From: Antedon mediterranea
Taxonomy: Eukaryota; Animalia; Echinodermata
Length of the DNA: 64,000 nucleotides
Assembly (NCBI RefSeq): GCF_964355755.1
Contig: NC_092674.1
Coordinates: 1,364,001-1,428,000 of the forward strand
Direction of reading: 5' to 3'
The notes under the pieces: model-generated
What the model saw: only the letters and a program-made list of their open reading frames with translations
Databases searched by the model: none
What the model was told of the DNA's origin: nothing
Made by a program: the position numbers and the translations under genes
Shown: positions 51,201 to 63,420 of the stretch, one piece after another
Numbering within the stretch: position 1 is the first letter of the stretch
Layout of the letters: the number at the start of each line of letters is the position of its first letter

Positions 51201-54200
51201 CCTCAGCCAGCACCATATCACCTTGTATTTTCATCTCGCAACATTAATGAGAGTTTTTTCATCGATCAACGACCGGTTCGTATTGTTCACCATTTTCATA
51301 AGACTTGTCCGTTTCAGAAGCAAGACTCGTCTGGCAAGCCGTGTGACGCCGTTCATTTCGGATTCTGTTCTGATGTTTTTACTTCCAAAGATTTAATTCT
51401 GGATGTTAATCAAAATTGTATCATTAGTAAATCTAATAACAATATCAAGGTAGGCATTCATCAAATTTATGATCATGACACAGATGTAGCTCGAGAAATT
51501 TAGGGGTGGGTGGCACAATTCAAAACATAAAAAGATAACCTTTCAGCAAGAATTTGAATAGGTCCCCAGCCACACAGTAGTTACATCATTGCATGAGTTT
51601 AAATTAGCTTAGTTTTTTCTAACTTATTTAAATGCAATTGATTTTGTAACTGTAGACATCCATTTCTGAAATAAAAGTAAAATGAATGAATGAATTAACT
51701 AATTATTAAAGCCCAGTGTACTTTTTGCTTAGCAAAATTTATATAAGATAAGATAAGATAAATCTTTATTGTCATGAACACAACCAGGCGAACATGAAAT
51801 TGGTTTTCCTTGATGCTTAAAAACACATACAATATATAAAACATTAAAAATATCAATACAATACATTAAAACTATATACAGTAGTAAACAAACTATCTTT
51901 GAAATGTTGAGTTGGAAACATGAATAGAGTTGTGGACAAAGAACAGCCTATAGAAAAACAAGAAAAATAGTTCAATAATAACGTCATAAATAACAGTTAA
52001 CACAAAGAAAATTTTGTATTATTTATAGTAACATGGTCCGAAATATCAACATGTAAATGGCAATATATTTACTTAAGTTATATACAAGTGCTTTTATTAT
52101 AAAAGTTTTTCAAAGCCAACTACTTCATTAATAATATCATCACATGTAGTGATGTGATGAGTAATGTAATTGTCATGTATGTAGTAAGCCTTTACAAAAG
52201 ACAAGTTGTAACTCATTAAATATTTATCAAAGAATTTCTCGTGTGAATAGGAATGTTGCTCTCAACATCACAAAGTATGATAGTTAAGTTGTGATACTAC
52301 ATTTTAGAAATTTTTTGTTTTTCTTATTTATTTTTAAACATTTTGATTATTATATTAATAAAAAAAATTATCTTTTGTGTATGGTATTTGTAGTAAATAC
52401 TATTATTCGGGAAAATCCTGCAATTGTAAGTAATTCTTAATAATAAACAGAATGGTTATAATAATAATGTCCTTGTATGGAGGATAAAAACATGGTACTG
52501 TAATATTAGTGACCAGGCACATGGACTAATGTTTTCTAAGTTGAAACTTAAAAAAGATGGTATAATTAGTTCCATGTAATGACTTATTAAGTGATTACAA
52601 CAAGGTAAGCCACCAGTAGTGACTTATGTGTACATGTGGGATATGAAGGTCAACAAACTTTACAAGGGTTTTATTCCCAGTGTGATCTTATCTGGTGCAA
52701 TAAGTACCATCCTACCAAACTTAAGAAAGTTAGTGGACAATTAAATGTTCTATCCAAATTCATTAATCTGTAATTGTATTTTTTGCTAGTAGTAAAACCT
52801 TAAATTGATAGTAGGAACCAACCGACCAAATTTGAATATGGATATATCTATAAAAAATGTGATGTGCCCAAATATGGTAGTGATATACCCAAATATGGTA
52901 GTGATATGACATCATGTTCATATATGGGCACATCACATTTTTTTGTTATAATAAAGTTTGATAGTATAGACAGAGCTTAAGATTTAAGTTTCTAGACACC
53001 CTTTAGGAACAATGGGAAGAGATTTGGTTGATACTGTATGTACAAATAAGGAGTGAAATTGCCTGTGCTCCGTCTACAGATCCATACAGCTTAAATCATT
53101 TCCTGACAGACACTGTGTGTAACTCTGAGACACACATGGCACCTATTCACTAAATCTCAATGTTGTGATTTTAAACATTTTAAAAAACCTCAAATATATT
53201 TTTTTTCTGGGGTTTGAATGGGCCAAGAATTAATTTGTTTACCTATCTCTCATACTGTATGTGTACTGAGTAAATTGTATTGTATTGAAACAGTAATGTT
53301 TATTACATGAAAAAAAAGGGTAGCAATCAGATTAAATGCATTTCTAATTAATAATTCTAAAATATAATTGAAAACTTCTTATACAACATATCCTGCAAAT
53401 AAACTATAATTAGTCCGTGCGAGTTTAAAGTTTAAAGCCAAAAATTCTGTAATATTTATAATTATTAGATATGAATATTCTCATTCATCCAGTTAGTACT
53501 AAGTCCAGTGGATTACATTAATATCAAAACAAAAATAAATGTTATGTCATCTATTTTTTTTTTAGCTTTTTGAAGATCGTAAAGCAGCTGAGAGTAACCG
53601 GCAACCAGTAAACGTTCCACAGTTTTACTTTCCGTACGGCCGACCGGTTGACGCGGGGGTAAATGAAAAGGTGTTGGAAAAAGTGTCAGAGGTTTTTAGA
53701 TCATTACAAGTTATTAGAAAACATGAAATGGATGAGTTAACATTGGTATGTTGGTAGGCCTACATTTTCACTTTTATTATAGTTATGCAATTATGGAATT
53801 GTGGCTTGGTGGTTATGATGTTTGGCTACCAATCCAATGGTCCTGGGGTCAAGTCCTGTCATGTGTCAGGATTTTTTTCTTTCTAATGACAAGAAACTCC
53901 ACACCCAAAGACTTGTAATAAGACTTTGTTTATGTAGAGCATCTTGTGTATATGTTTGTATATGACCCAAGATTACCACCGTTAAGAAGGATAGTGAATA
54001 AATTTGCTTATGGTTATCCTTGCCTAAATATATTTTTTTAAAGTCAAATTCTAAAGTTTGAGACAGATTTTTTGAATGCTACGACAAAACTGATTTATTT
54101 GTAAGGATACATGCATTCAGTTTGCTTTATTGATTTAAAATATTTTTTGTTTTATCGTGTGAATAAAAAATACAAATACAGAAATCATCAGAAGTCATTG

Positions 54201-56220
54201 ACCTCATATTTATTACTACAGTATCATTCATTACAGGCATGTGGCTGCCCTAAATACTGGAGGATGGCCCTCTATCACGCAGCTGGAGGAAAGGATGATG
54301 TACCCCTTACACAAGAAATGTTTGTAACAATGTGGCAGAGGTTTGTAATACATTCTTTAATGTACAGTATATTCATTTTTTCAACCAATTGCAGCACCTT
54401 TCGATTGCATAAAGTTAAGCTCTGTCTATATTATCAAACTAGTTTGACAAAATAGTGTGATGTGCCCAAATATAGTAGTGATATGACATCACCACATCCA
54501 TATATGGGCACATCACATTTTTTGTTACATAAAGTTTGATAGTATAGACAGAGCTTTAGAAACTATTTTATTATTTATTTATTAATTATCAATCAACATC
54601 ATCTTTCTGAATCATCTTTTATTGAGTCTGAACTTAACATTGAAATTTGTTTTTATATTTCTTTTTCCCATTTGTGCATTTAAAAGTTGACCTCTAATTG
54701 ACCTTATCAGTTTCTGAGCCATCTTTTATATTTATTGCATCTGAACTTAACATTATTTTTTGTAATTTCTCTTACAGAGTGATTTCTGAATGCCATGACG
54801 ATAGTTCAAGATTATTTCGTCTTTTAGTCAAACCCAAGTGCAATTACATATCAGCTGAAGACTGGTACCCAATGATTCAGGTAAATATTTAAGAATACCC
54901 CTTGATACCGGTCTCAATTACATATCAGCTGAGGACTGGTACCCAATGATTCAGGTAAATATTTAAGAATACCCCTTGATACCGGTCTCAATTACATATC
55001 AGCTGAGGACTGGTACCCAATGATTCAGGTAAATATTTAAGAATACCCCTTGATACCGGTCTCAATTACATATCAGCTGAGGACTGGTACCCAATGATTC
55101 AGGTAAAGAACACCCCTTGATACCGGTCTCAATTACATATCAGCTGATGACTGGTACCCAATGATTCAGGTAAAGAATACCCCTTGATACCGGTCTCAAT
55201 TACATATCAGCTGAGGACTGGTACCCAATGATTCAGGTAAATATTTAAGAATACCCCTTGATACCGGTCTCAATTACATATCAGCTGAGGACTGGTACCC
55301 AATGATTCAGGTAAATATTTAAGAAAACCCCTTGATACCGGTCTCAATTACATATCAGCTGAGGACTGGTACCCAATGATTCAGGTAAAGAACACCCCTT
55401 GATACTGGTCTCAATTCAATCACCCCATCGGTAAACAACTCCTTCCAGTTTGTTTGAACCGACCTTTGACCAAAGTTGTTTTAGTGGTCTGTAAAGGAGA
55501 CTTCATCATTTTTGTCACAGAAGTCTGAATGTGGTTTTAGTTTAAAAGTCATTTAACGTCACTTAAGTGACCAATGTAATGTCATTACCATTGTCATCAT
55601 CATTTATAATCATCATAATATTTATCATCTTTTATTCTGTTCGTTATCATCAATTACCATTCCATTTTTTGTGAATTTTAAAGAATCAAAAGTACATAAG
55701 TGTAGAGTAATAAGTTACTACCGTATATCCTCTGGTATAATCCCACGCCTCTAGAACATGAATTAAATTACTACCGTATATCCTCTGGTATAATCCCACG
55801 CCTCTAGAACATGAATTAAATTACTACCGTATATCCTCTGGTATAATCCCACGCCTCTAGAACATGAATTAAATTACTACCGTATATCCTCTGGTATAAT
55901 CCCACGCCTCTAGAACATGAAGTATACCAGGGAAAGCCTGGTTCAATAAAAAAATTATTGGTAAAGCATTTCTTGTAAAAACTCATATGAACTATCTAGA
56001 GAGTGGCCTACATCCAGACCAAAAGTGAATACTGGGACTATACCCACCCAGGGATATGCCTGTTTTTGAAATCAGACATAAAGTAGGGGGTGGGATTATA
56101 CCTGAGGATATACGGTATTAGCCAATCATTTGCTTTGTTTTGCAGGATGTGGTAAATTCTCATCCTGGATTGTCATTCCTGCAGGATGCTCCTGAATTCC
56201 ATTCTCGTTATATCCACACG
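48293..56220 (+). CDS. PPP2R3: PP2A regulatory subunit B'' (PR72/PR130/PR70 family), 5' part; continues past the window
   Basis: Exons 48293-48598 (LKIDELFLRWLSE), 53566-53745 (VPQFYFPYGRP), 54237-54340 (ACGCPKYWR), 54778-54880 (CHDDSSRLF..WYPMIQ), 56146-56220 (DVVNSHPGLSFLQDAPEFHSRYIHT); phases consistent. Confidence 0.92.
51171..51449 (+). CDS. Candidate alternative first coding exon of the PP2A B'' gene (93 codons)
   Basis: ATG, 93 open codons, phase-0 donor aag|gtaggc compatible with the acceptor at 53566. Confidence 0.45.
53800..53990 (+). mobile_element. tRNA-derived SINE remnant
   Basis: A-box-like gtggcttggtggtta and B-box-like gggtcaagtcc; no intact cloverleaf. Confidence 0.5.
54416..54558. 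mobile_element. MITE family A copy
   Basis: Both TIRs visible. Confidence 0.85.
54841..55416 (+). repeat. 74/67-bp minisatellite spanning a PP2A B'' exon/intron junction, 8 donor copies
   Basis: Unit = 40 nt exon tail caattacatatcagctgaRgactggtacccaatgattcag + intron head gtaaa(tatttaa)gaataccccttgataccggtct. Confidence 0.97.
55715..56117. mobile_element. MITE (TIR taccgtatatcctc..gtataatcccac) with its left end tandemly repeated 4 x 53 bp
   Basis: Right TIR gtgggattatacctgaggatatacggta at 56090-56117; left TIR units at 55715, 55768, 55821, 55874. Confidence 0.85.
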
Positions 56221-56979
56221 GTAAGTCGAACATTTCTTCCCGTCCTTCCAGATTTTCTAGGATTTGTTTTTGTGTGTCTCACTCTCAATCCTTTATTCAA
56301 TTTTTATTTTAATCTCAATGCGATTACGATACAAATTAAAATATAAAAAACAACAAAATAAGCAATTATAATGTTCACAAATGTTTATTCAGTTTTGAAA
56401 GAATATAAAACATAATTCTTTGGAAGATAAACATTTTTACAGGTAAAAAATGTGATAAAATACTAAAATGCTTGCTGCCCTCTATCGCAACTAATAAATC
56501 ATTTGGAGGAAATAAATCAGAACATCTACTTGGCAGACATTGTCAAGTTTCGTTTATTTACTTGAAAAACGTAAGAAAATTAGATTATATAAATAAATTG
56601 TTAAATACAAAAACTCATCCAGCCAATGGATTGTTTAATAATTTATAGTTTAGAGTTATTTTAAAAGTTTTTTTATAGAGATATCTTGGTCTTTTAGAGT
56701 AAAGGTACAAAATAATTCATAATTAAGTGTTATCAAGCAACAAGACCGTTTTTGATATTTAAAAAAACATTATTAGTGCTTGGTGTTAAAATATGTAGGT
56801 ACCAGGTGTACATTACTATTATAAAATCATTTTTTATAAATTTACTTTTTTTTGATTAATTAAAATAAATATTAAGAAGAATTAAGTGGCAAATTGATTG
56901 GTTAGTACGTAGTAATACATATGATTTACATATTGCATTTTATCAATGTTACTTGGAAAAAATTCATCATTTAAAGTGT

Positions 56980-58038
56980 TTAAACTTTGACCTTTCCACC
57001 ATTGTTACCGCCCTCATGGACATCCGTATCCTCTGCTTGTTTGTCATCTTCAGGATGAATGGTCTCTGTTGGCAAATCTGTTGAAAGCTCAATGATCACT
57101 TCAACCACATCTTCTTCAGCTATCTCTTCCTCTGCTATCTCTTCCTCTGTTTCTTCCACTACCTCCTCGATGACCTCTTCAACGACTTCTTCAACAATTT
57201 CTTCAACCATTCCTTCCAGAGCTTCCTCCACTGCCGCTTCAACAGCTTCTTTTACTTGGTCAACGACCTCATCAACGATTCTTTCCTCGATCTCTTCTAC
57301 CATTGTCGTGGCATCAGTGCTTGAGATTTCAATTTCTTCAGTTTCTTCTGTAGTGGATACCTGATCAATCTCTTCCTCTTCTAATTGTGTAGCTGTTTCT
57401 GGTTTTGTTTCTTCACTGTCTGATGTACTTAACAGCAAAGATGTGCGAGGGCGAATCATTTTGTCTTGTGTGGCATCTTCCTGCTCTTCTTCAGATGATG
57501 ACTCTGAGCTAGATTCTGGTGATGCAATTGTAGCTGTCACATCTTCTGTGTCAACTTCTTCCGACGACTCTTCCGATGATGATGATTCTGAGCTAGATTC
57601 TGTTGCTGCAATTGTAGCTGCTGTAGCATCCTTTGTTTCAATCTCCTCTGACTCTTCTGAGCTAGACTCTGTTGATGTGATTGCTGCTGTACCTTCCTTT
57701 GTTTCAATCTCCTCTGACTCTTCTGAGCTAGATTCTGTTGATGTGATTGCTGCTGTACCTTCCTTTGTGTCAATCTCCTCTACCTCTTCCTCTGAGCTTG
57801 ATTCCATTGGTGCATTTGTTGAGTCTTCTACCTCTAGGACCACGGTGACCATTTCTTCCACTTCAGTCATTGTCACTACTTGTTCATTGTGTTCGATTTC
57901 AAGCTCGTCGCCTTGTCCTTCCACTATTGCTAGCGTTTCATATTCGTCTGCAGCTAATGTTTCACCAGTTGGTACAGGTAAGCCTCTTGCCACAAACAAC
58001 AGGCAATTGCTGACGACTATTAACCAAAATGTATTCAT
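56980..58038 (-). CDS. Nested antisense gene: secreted, highly acidic Glu/Ser/Thr-rich protein (352 aa)
   Basis: Acceptor ttttgtgcag at 58049, ATG at 58038, signal peptide MNTFWLIVVSNCLLFVARG, 22-aa internal repeats with SSSEE, single coding exon; AATAAA at ~56555 and ~56385. Confidence 0.8.
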   Translation of the reverse strand: MNTFWLIVVSNCLLFVARGLPVPTGETLAADEYETLAIVEGQGDELEIEHNEQVVTMTEVEEMVTVVLEVEDSTNAPMESSSEEEVEEIDTKEGTAAITSTESSSEESEEIETKEGTAAITSTESSSEESEEIETKDATAATIAATESSSESSSSEESSEEVDTEDVTATIASPESSSESSSEEEQEDATQDKMIRPRTSLLLSTSDSEETKPETATQLEEEEIDQVSTTEETEEIEISSTDATTMVEEIEERIVDEVVDQVKEAVEAAVEEALEGMVEEIVEEVVEEVIEEVVEETEEEIAEEEIAEEDVVEVIIELSTDLPTETIHPEDDKQAEDTDVHEGGNNGGKVKV

Positions 58039-58780
58039 GTTTAGAAATCTGCACAAAATTTAAAAAAATAAAAAGTTAATTTATGCTGCAATTCCTTTTG
58101 TAAGTAATATTTTAAAGAAATAATAATCTATGATTCATGAATCTAAAACCCTGCCTACACTATCATACTTTATGTGATAAAAAATGGACATAATGTTATA
58201 TTTGGGCATATTATAATACCATATTTTGGCACATCATACTTGTTTTGTCAAACTAGTTTTATAGTGTGGACAGAGATTTAAGTGTATTTTAATACTGCCC
58301 TCTATAGTTTGTCTTATGGAAACTTAACTTAATAAATATAATTCTGATTGGGAACTTGTTTGTGTTCAAAAGAAAATCTATTGAAACTTTTAATTTAAAC
58401 ATGGTCAGGTGATTAGGTCAAATATAAGTCAACAAAGGTCAGGAAATTGACCTGCCTGCCAAACCAATAAACTGAGTTGTTAATTACATGGCTGCACCTT
58501 TCATTTTATTGACCTAATTACAAGTTGACTTCTTTGGAAAAACAATTAAAAGGCAGGTGTTAATACAGTAGATGTAAATAATGTCAACAGGTGTTAATAG
58601 ATGTAAATTAAGCTGTCTGTCTGTCAGGATATTGAAATAATGAGTAGGAGGTTTGCTTTGAACAGAAAACAAAGTTCTGAATTATGAATTCTCTTAATTT
58701 GTAAAATTTGTTATTTCACAGCGAAATAACTTGCCAATTACAGGATATATAAACTATTTTATGATTTATCATGCTTTTAA

Positions 58781-59373
58781 AGGCCAGGTGCGGGCAAAAC
58801 ATTTCTAGTGATCATACATTCCAATAATTATCGATCTATAGTTTCCCCTATGTTTCATAATTTTTGGGATTTTATTTGTGTTACACGAGCTTGTTGAAAA
58901 TAAGCACTTTCTTATCAGTGGGGGGATAGTTCAAATTACACAGTAAAATCTCTATTCTTTTGTACACAAATTTTGTAAATAGAGAGGCATTAATAAAGCT
59001 ATGAAAAATAAACGGTGTGGTAAAAAATGTTATCAGATGACTAAATATAGGTAATATAACTTGAATATTACATTTCTGATATTTTTATTCAACTTCAGCT
59101 TTTTATTTTCATGCTATAGCAAAAATTATCCACCGTATATCCATCATCTTTTTTCACCGTCTAGGGAGTCAACAGACATGTTATTACATTAGGTTAACTA
59201 CCTAACTACTGAAAAAAAGTCTTTCTGGTTTTTATGGAAGAATTTTGCCAAATTTTGTATTTGACCATATTAAGGGAAATTCATGTTTTTTCGTCTCGAT
59301 TTCTGTTACAAATATTTGATTTATGTACAATAAACCAAATATTATATTTAAAATTCATGCCTGTAGCTTAGCT
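58781..59373 (+). mobile_element. TTAA-flanked non-autonomous DNA element (Kolobok-like termini)
   Basis: ttaa|aggccaggtgcgggca ... tgcctgtagcttagct|ttaa with imperfect TIRs; second partial copy at 3669. Confidence 0.65.
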
Positions 59374-60027
59374 TTAAAGTCTTATTTGATACCAAAAGAT
59401 TTACTATTTAGATTTTGTTGTTTTTATATTATTCTACCTTCTGTTGCTATTAGCTCATATTTGTTATTGTGCCTTTGTGAGTAGCCTCTCATTGAAATAT
59501 TGAATACAAAATTTAAGGCTTAGGGAGTGGAGTTGAAAGAGCTGTGAGTTGGTACTACGGTCAGGACCTGAGATTGGAAGGCAAGCACATTAACCACCAA
59601 ACTATATTGTAAATGTTATATACAGTATGATACCAGAGGTCAAACATGATACCTAAAGGTTAACATTAATGTGTCAAATGAACTGATGAAAGGATTTAAT
59701 CAATTATAGAAAGTGTTGATGCATCATGTTTTAAATTAGCATAATCAGCTGGTAGCTCCATGTACTATGGTGATAATTAGACCACCTAAGGTCCAAGCTA
59801 AACCTATCTAAATAAACACATGTAGTTAATACTCAAGAATTGACATACCATGTCTATTCCTACATACATGATCATGTATGATTAACAATAGAATCAAAAC
59901 AATGCTCGCATTGTCATATTATTTATTAAGAATTTTAAGGGGTCATGTCAAAATTAAAAGTTACTACTATATTTTGTTTAATTCTTTAACCTGTTTATGA
60001 AGTTATTTAGCAAGTGTTTTTTGGATA

Positions 60028-60725
60028 TACACTGTGTACATACAGTGGCGTAACGGCTATGAGCACTTACTGGCTACACCCAGGGACACTGTGTACATAC
60101 AGTGGCGTAACTGCTATGAGCACTTACTGGCTACACCCATGTACACTGTGTACATACAGTGGCGTAACTGCTATGAGCACTTACTGGCTACACCCAGGTA
60201 CACTGTGTACATATACAGTGGCGTAACTGCTATGAGCACTTACTGGCTACACCCAGGTACACTGTGTACATACAGTGGCGTAACTGCTATGAGCACTTAC
60301 TGGCTACACCCAGGTACACTGTGTACATATACAGTGGCGTAACTGCTGTGAGCACTTACTGGCTACACCCAGGTACACTGTGTACATATACAGTGGCGTA
60401 ACTGCTATGAGCACTTACTGGCTACACCCAGGTACACTGTGTACATATACAGTGGCGTAACTGCTATGAGCACTTACTGGCTACACCCAGGTACACTGTG
60501 TACATATACAGTGGCGTAACTGCTATGAGCACTTACTGGCTACACCCAGGTACACTGTGTACATATACAGTGGCGTAACTGCTATGAGCACTTACTGGCT
60601 ACACCCAGGTACACTGTGTACATATACAGTGGCGTAACTGCTATGAGCACTTACTGGCTACACCCAGGTACACTGTGTACATACAGTGGCGTAACTGCTA
60701 TGAGCACTTACTGGCTACACCCAGG
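60028..60725. repeat. 57/59-bp minisatellite, 12 copies, covering flank plus a CAGTGGCGTA element terminus
   Basis: Unit tacactgtgtacat(at)acagtggcgtaactgctatgagcacttactggctacacccagg. Confidence 0.95.
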
Positions 60726-61584
60726 GGCCCTGGAGCTTATGGGAGCCCCTGAGCAGTGCCCAGAGAAAAAAAAAAGCATTAACTTATGACGAAAAAATTT
60801 CATTATGGGGAAATCATAATAAAATCATGTGTTAAAGCTTCAAATTATTAACTTGTGTCGATTGTGTGTTGATAAATAGGTAAATGTTAAATCAATTTAG
60901 GAGAACGTTTTTAGTCATCCTCCAAAAAAAATGGGTGTAGACCTGCCTGCAGGCTTCTGTATTAAGTTACCTTTAAACAGTGGCTACTGTATACCTACAC
61001 TTTACAGTATTTATTTACAGTAATTCAAATACTAGGATATCCCTTGAATGATATCAGATAAAAGTAAAACAAGGGTAACTCCAAATTAAGAGTTGGAAGA
61101 AAGTTTGACTAATTGAAGAAAAATTTGATAAATTTTCAAACTCATCAGATTCTTGAACAATGAAAATAAAACTTTAAATTCTCGATTGTGTTCTGTCTAA
61201 TAGTTGTACTTGTATACCCTTTTATTTTTTTTAATTGCTGCGAAAAGATTTTTTTAGATGCTACACTTTTCCTTGACAACTAAATAATTTAATACTAAAG
61301 AAACTAACACTGTAGTGGTAATGTTATATACATGTTGTAGCAGGGAATTGGTTGCAGTTCAACTATTACACAAAAAATATTGAAAAGAAAACAGCCTTAT
61401 TTTTTAGTCAAAAGTTTAGTAGTATATTTATCTAATTTTTTTTTCAAGCAAAGTCATTAAAAAAATATATTAATACAAACAAAAATAAATACAAAATACA
61501 GCATTTAAATAAATATCTTATTATTTACTACTACTATTACTAAGCATTCAAATATAAATATCTTATAATAATATAGTAATATAA

Positions 61585-61715
61585 TTTGTATAGCGCCTTT
61601 CCAAATTGATCAAGGCGCTTCACATTCTAATGCCTAGGGAAGTAAGTTTTAAGACCTTTCTTAAATAGATTTATCGACTTTAGTTCCCTTAAGTCTATTG
61701 GCAGAGGGTTCCAGA
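61585..61715 (-). mobile_element. 3' end fragment of an L2-type LINE
   Basis: Minus strand reads WNPLPIDLRELKSINLFKKGLKTYF, then an aagcgcc..ggcgctata stem-loop. Confidence 0.7.
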
Positions 61716-61839
61716 TACAGAATTTAAAAACATAATAAAATTATTAAAACATGAATATAAATACTGTACACAATTTTAATACATGTCTTATCTACTATAC
61801 AATATTATTACATGGCATAAATAATAGTGTATTTCTTAC

Positions 61840-62180
61840 CTGTGATAAATGTGAGATCCAACAGTTGGAAGAAGTGGACCAGTTAACAACTAACAGATGA
61901 ATGAATTGAGAATGAGTGACAAACAGAGAACAAACAGCCTTATAGCTTACCCTAGACCGTCCCAAGGCCAATGAAAACCAATCAGATTGCATTTTTAGCT
62001 TTCTCTTCCAAATCTACTAATTGGAAACTTTCTTTGAGTTTACCAAAAAGTTAATGTTAACCTAATCCCACCCATTTAGTTCATCAACCAATCAGATGAT
62101 GTGCTTAGTACATTTTAAGTGACTTTTAACCAATCAGATGCTGTGCTTAGTAAATTTTAAGTGACGTTTAACCAATCAGA
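61840..62180 (-). promoter_or_regulatory. Putative non-coding exon 1 and TATA/CCAAT promoter of the nested acidic-protein gene
   Basis: Donor cag|gtaaga at 61839, TATAAG at ~61938-61943, about six CCAAT/ATTGG boxes at 61968-62178. Confidence 0.55.
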
Positions 62181-63420
62181 TTCATTTAGTTGGATTGTGT
62201 TACCTGATTTGAATTATGATACCATACTGATAATTATTTATTATTTAAGATAAGATATATTTTACAACAATGTTTTTTGCTAAAATTTAATCTTTGTTTT
62301 GCCTCAAAAGTTGAATATCTTTATGTGAATTTGCATTGTATATTGTTTCATAATTTTATTATGTGATAGAATTTCAGGGTGGACTTTATCAATAGACATA
62401 ATACTAGTACTGACTGATATGGTTTAATATTTTGTATATTTTACAATTTTTTTCATGACAAAATGCACGTACTGTAGTTGTTACACTTTCTTATTTCTAT
62501 CTTGTGATAAATGATGTGTGTCCTTCAGAAAAGAAACTATACTGTAATATCAGACGGCCTAAATTATGTTCGATTCATTATCAATATCAGGGACCTAAAA
62601 ATTGTGAAATTAAGTGCTGCTCAATTTTTTTCAAATTTAGGGTGTCCGTTCGATCTTTTTTAAAGCTAAGAGAGTAGTTTCTGAACACTCTGGTCTTTAT
62701 TTGAAGTCCTTTTTACTTTTTTAAAAATTTATTTATTTTTTTATTTATTCAATTTCTGCCATATACAATACATAGAAAAAACAAAACAAATATAAAAGGC
62801 AAGGAAAGACCAAACAGATGCTAAACACCTATGAACTTAAAAGCAAGTGCTTATGCCCCTCTGGATGTTTCTTCTCATGTTTTTAAGGCAACGAAATTGG
62901 TTTCTGGACATATGGTCTTCAATTGGAGTCGTTTTGAAAAGTGTGTCTTTTACAAGAATACAGTGGTATCTGTATGTGATTGGTTGCTGATATTGATCTG
63001 TCTAAAGCCTTTTAGGAAGATAACAAACAAGTTAAACCATTGTATATCCTTGTCTTCAGAGGCACGGTTTGTTTCTTCCTCTCACTAGAACCATTCTGTA
63101 ACTAATTCTACAACGTTTAAATGGTTTACTTCTTGACTGCCTCAGGTGTCTCTTAGGGATTTTAACAAACGAAACAGAATGCTTAATAAAGTTAGCAGCG
63201 AGTTCAGATGGTATTATGATGAGAAGGGCGCTTAGAATTGAATTTTAAATAATGATACAATCTGGGTTGTTGTCATTTCTGTTGTTTAAATGTTCTAAGG
63301 CGTTTGATCCGTTGATATAGTTCTTTCCGACCGATTCATGTTCACATTAAATCAGATTAATACGCTAATATCCAAAGCTATCTTTGATTATCTTGGTAGA
63401 TTAACAAGTTGAGTGCGTCA

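Noticed and set aside
53800-53870. Possible tRNA gene (also ~59530-59600 minus)
   Set aside because: Degenerate A/B boxes without proper stems; better explained as SINE heads.
57059-58063. Ser-rich plus-strand ORFs as PP2A B'' exons
   Set aside because: Antisense shadows of the Glu-rich gene; no B''-family sequence.
62725-63420. Possible decayed LINE or next PP2A B'' exon
   Set aside because: No VIxRIFY-type continuation found and no convincing RT motifs; left unassigned.
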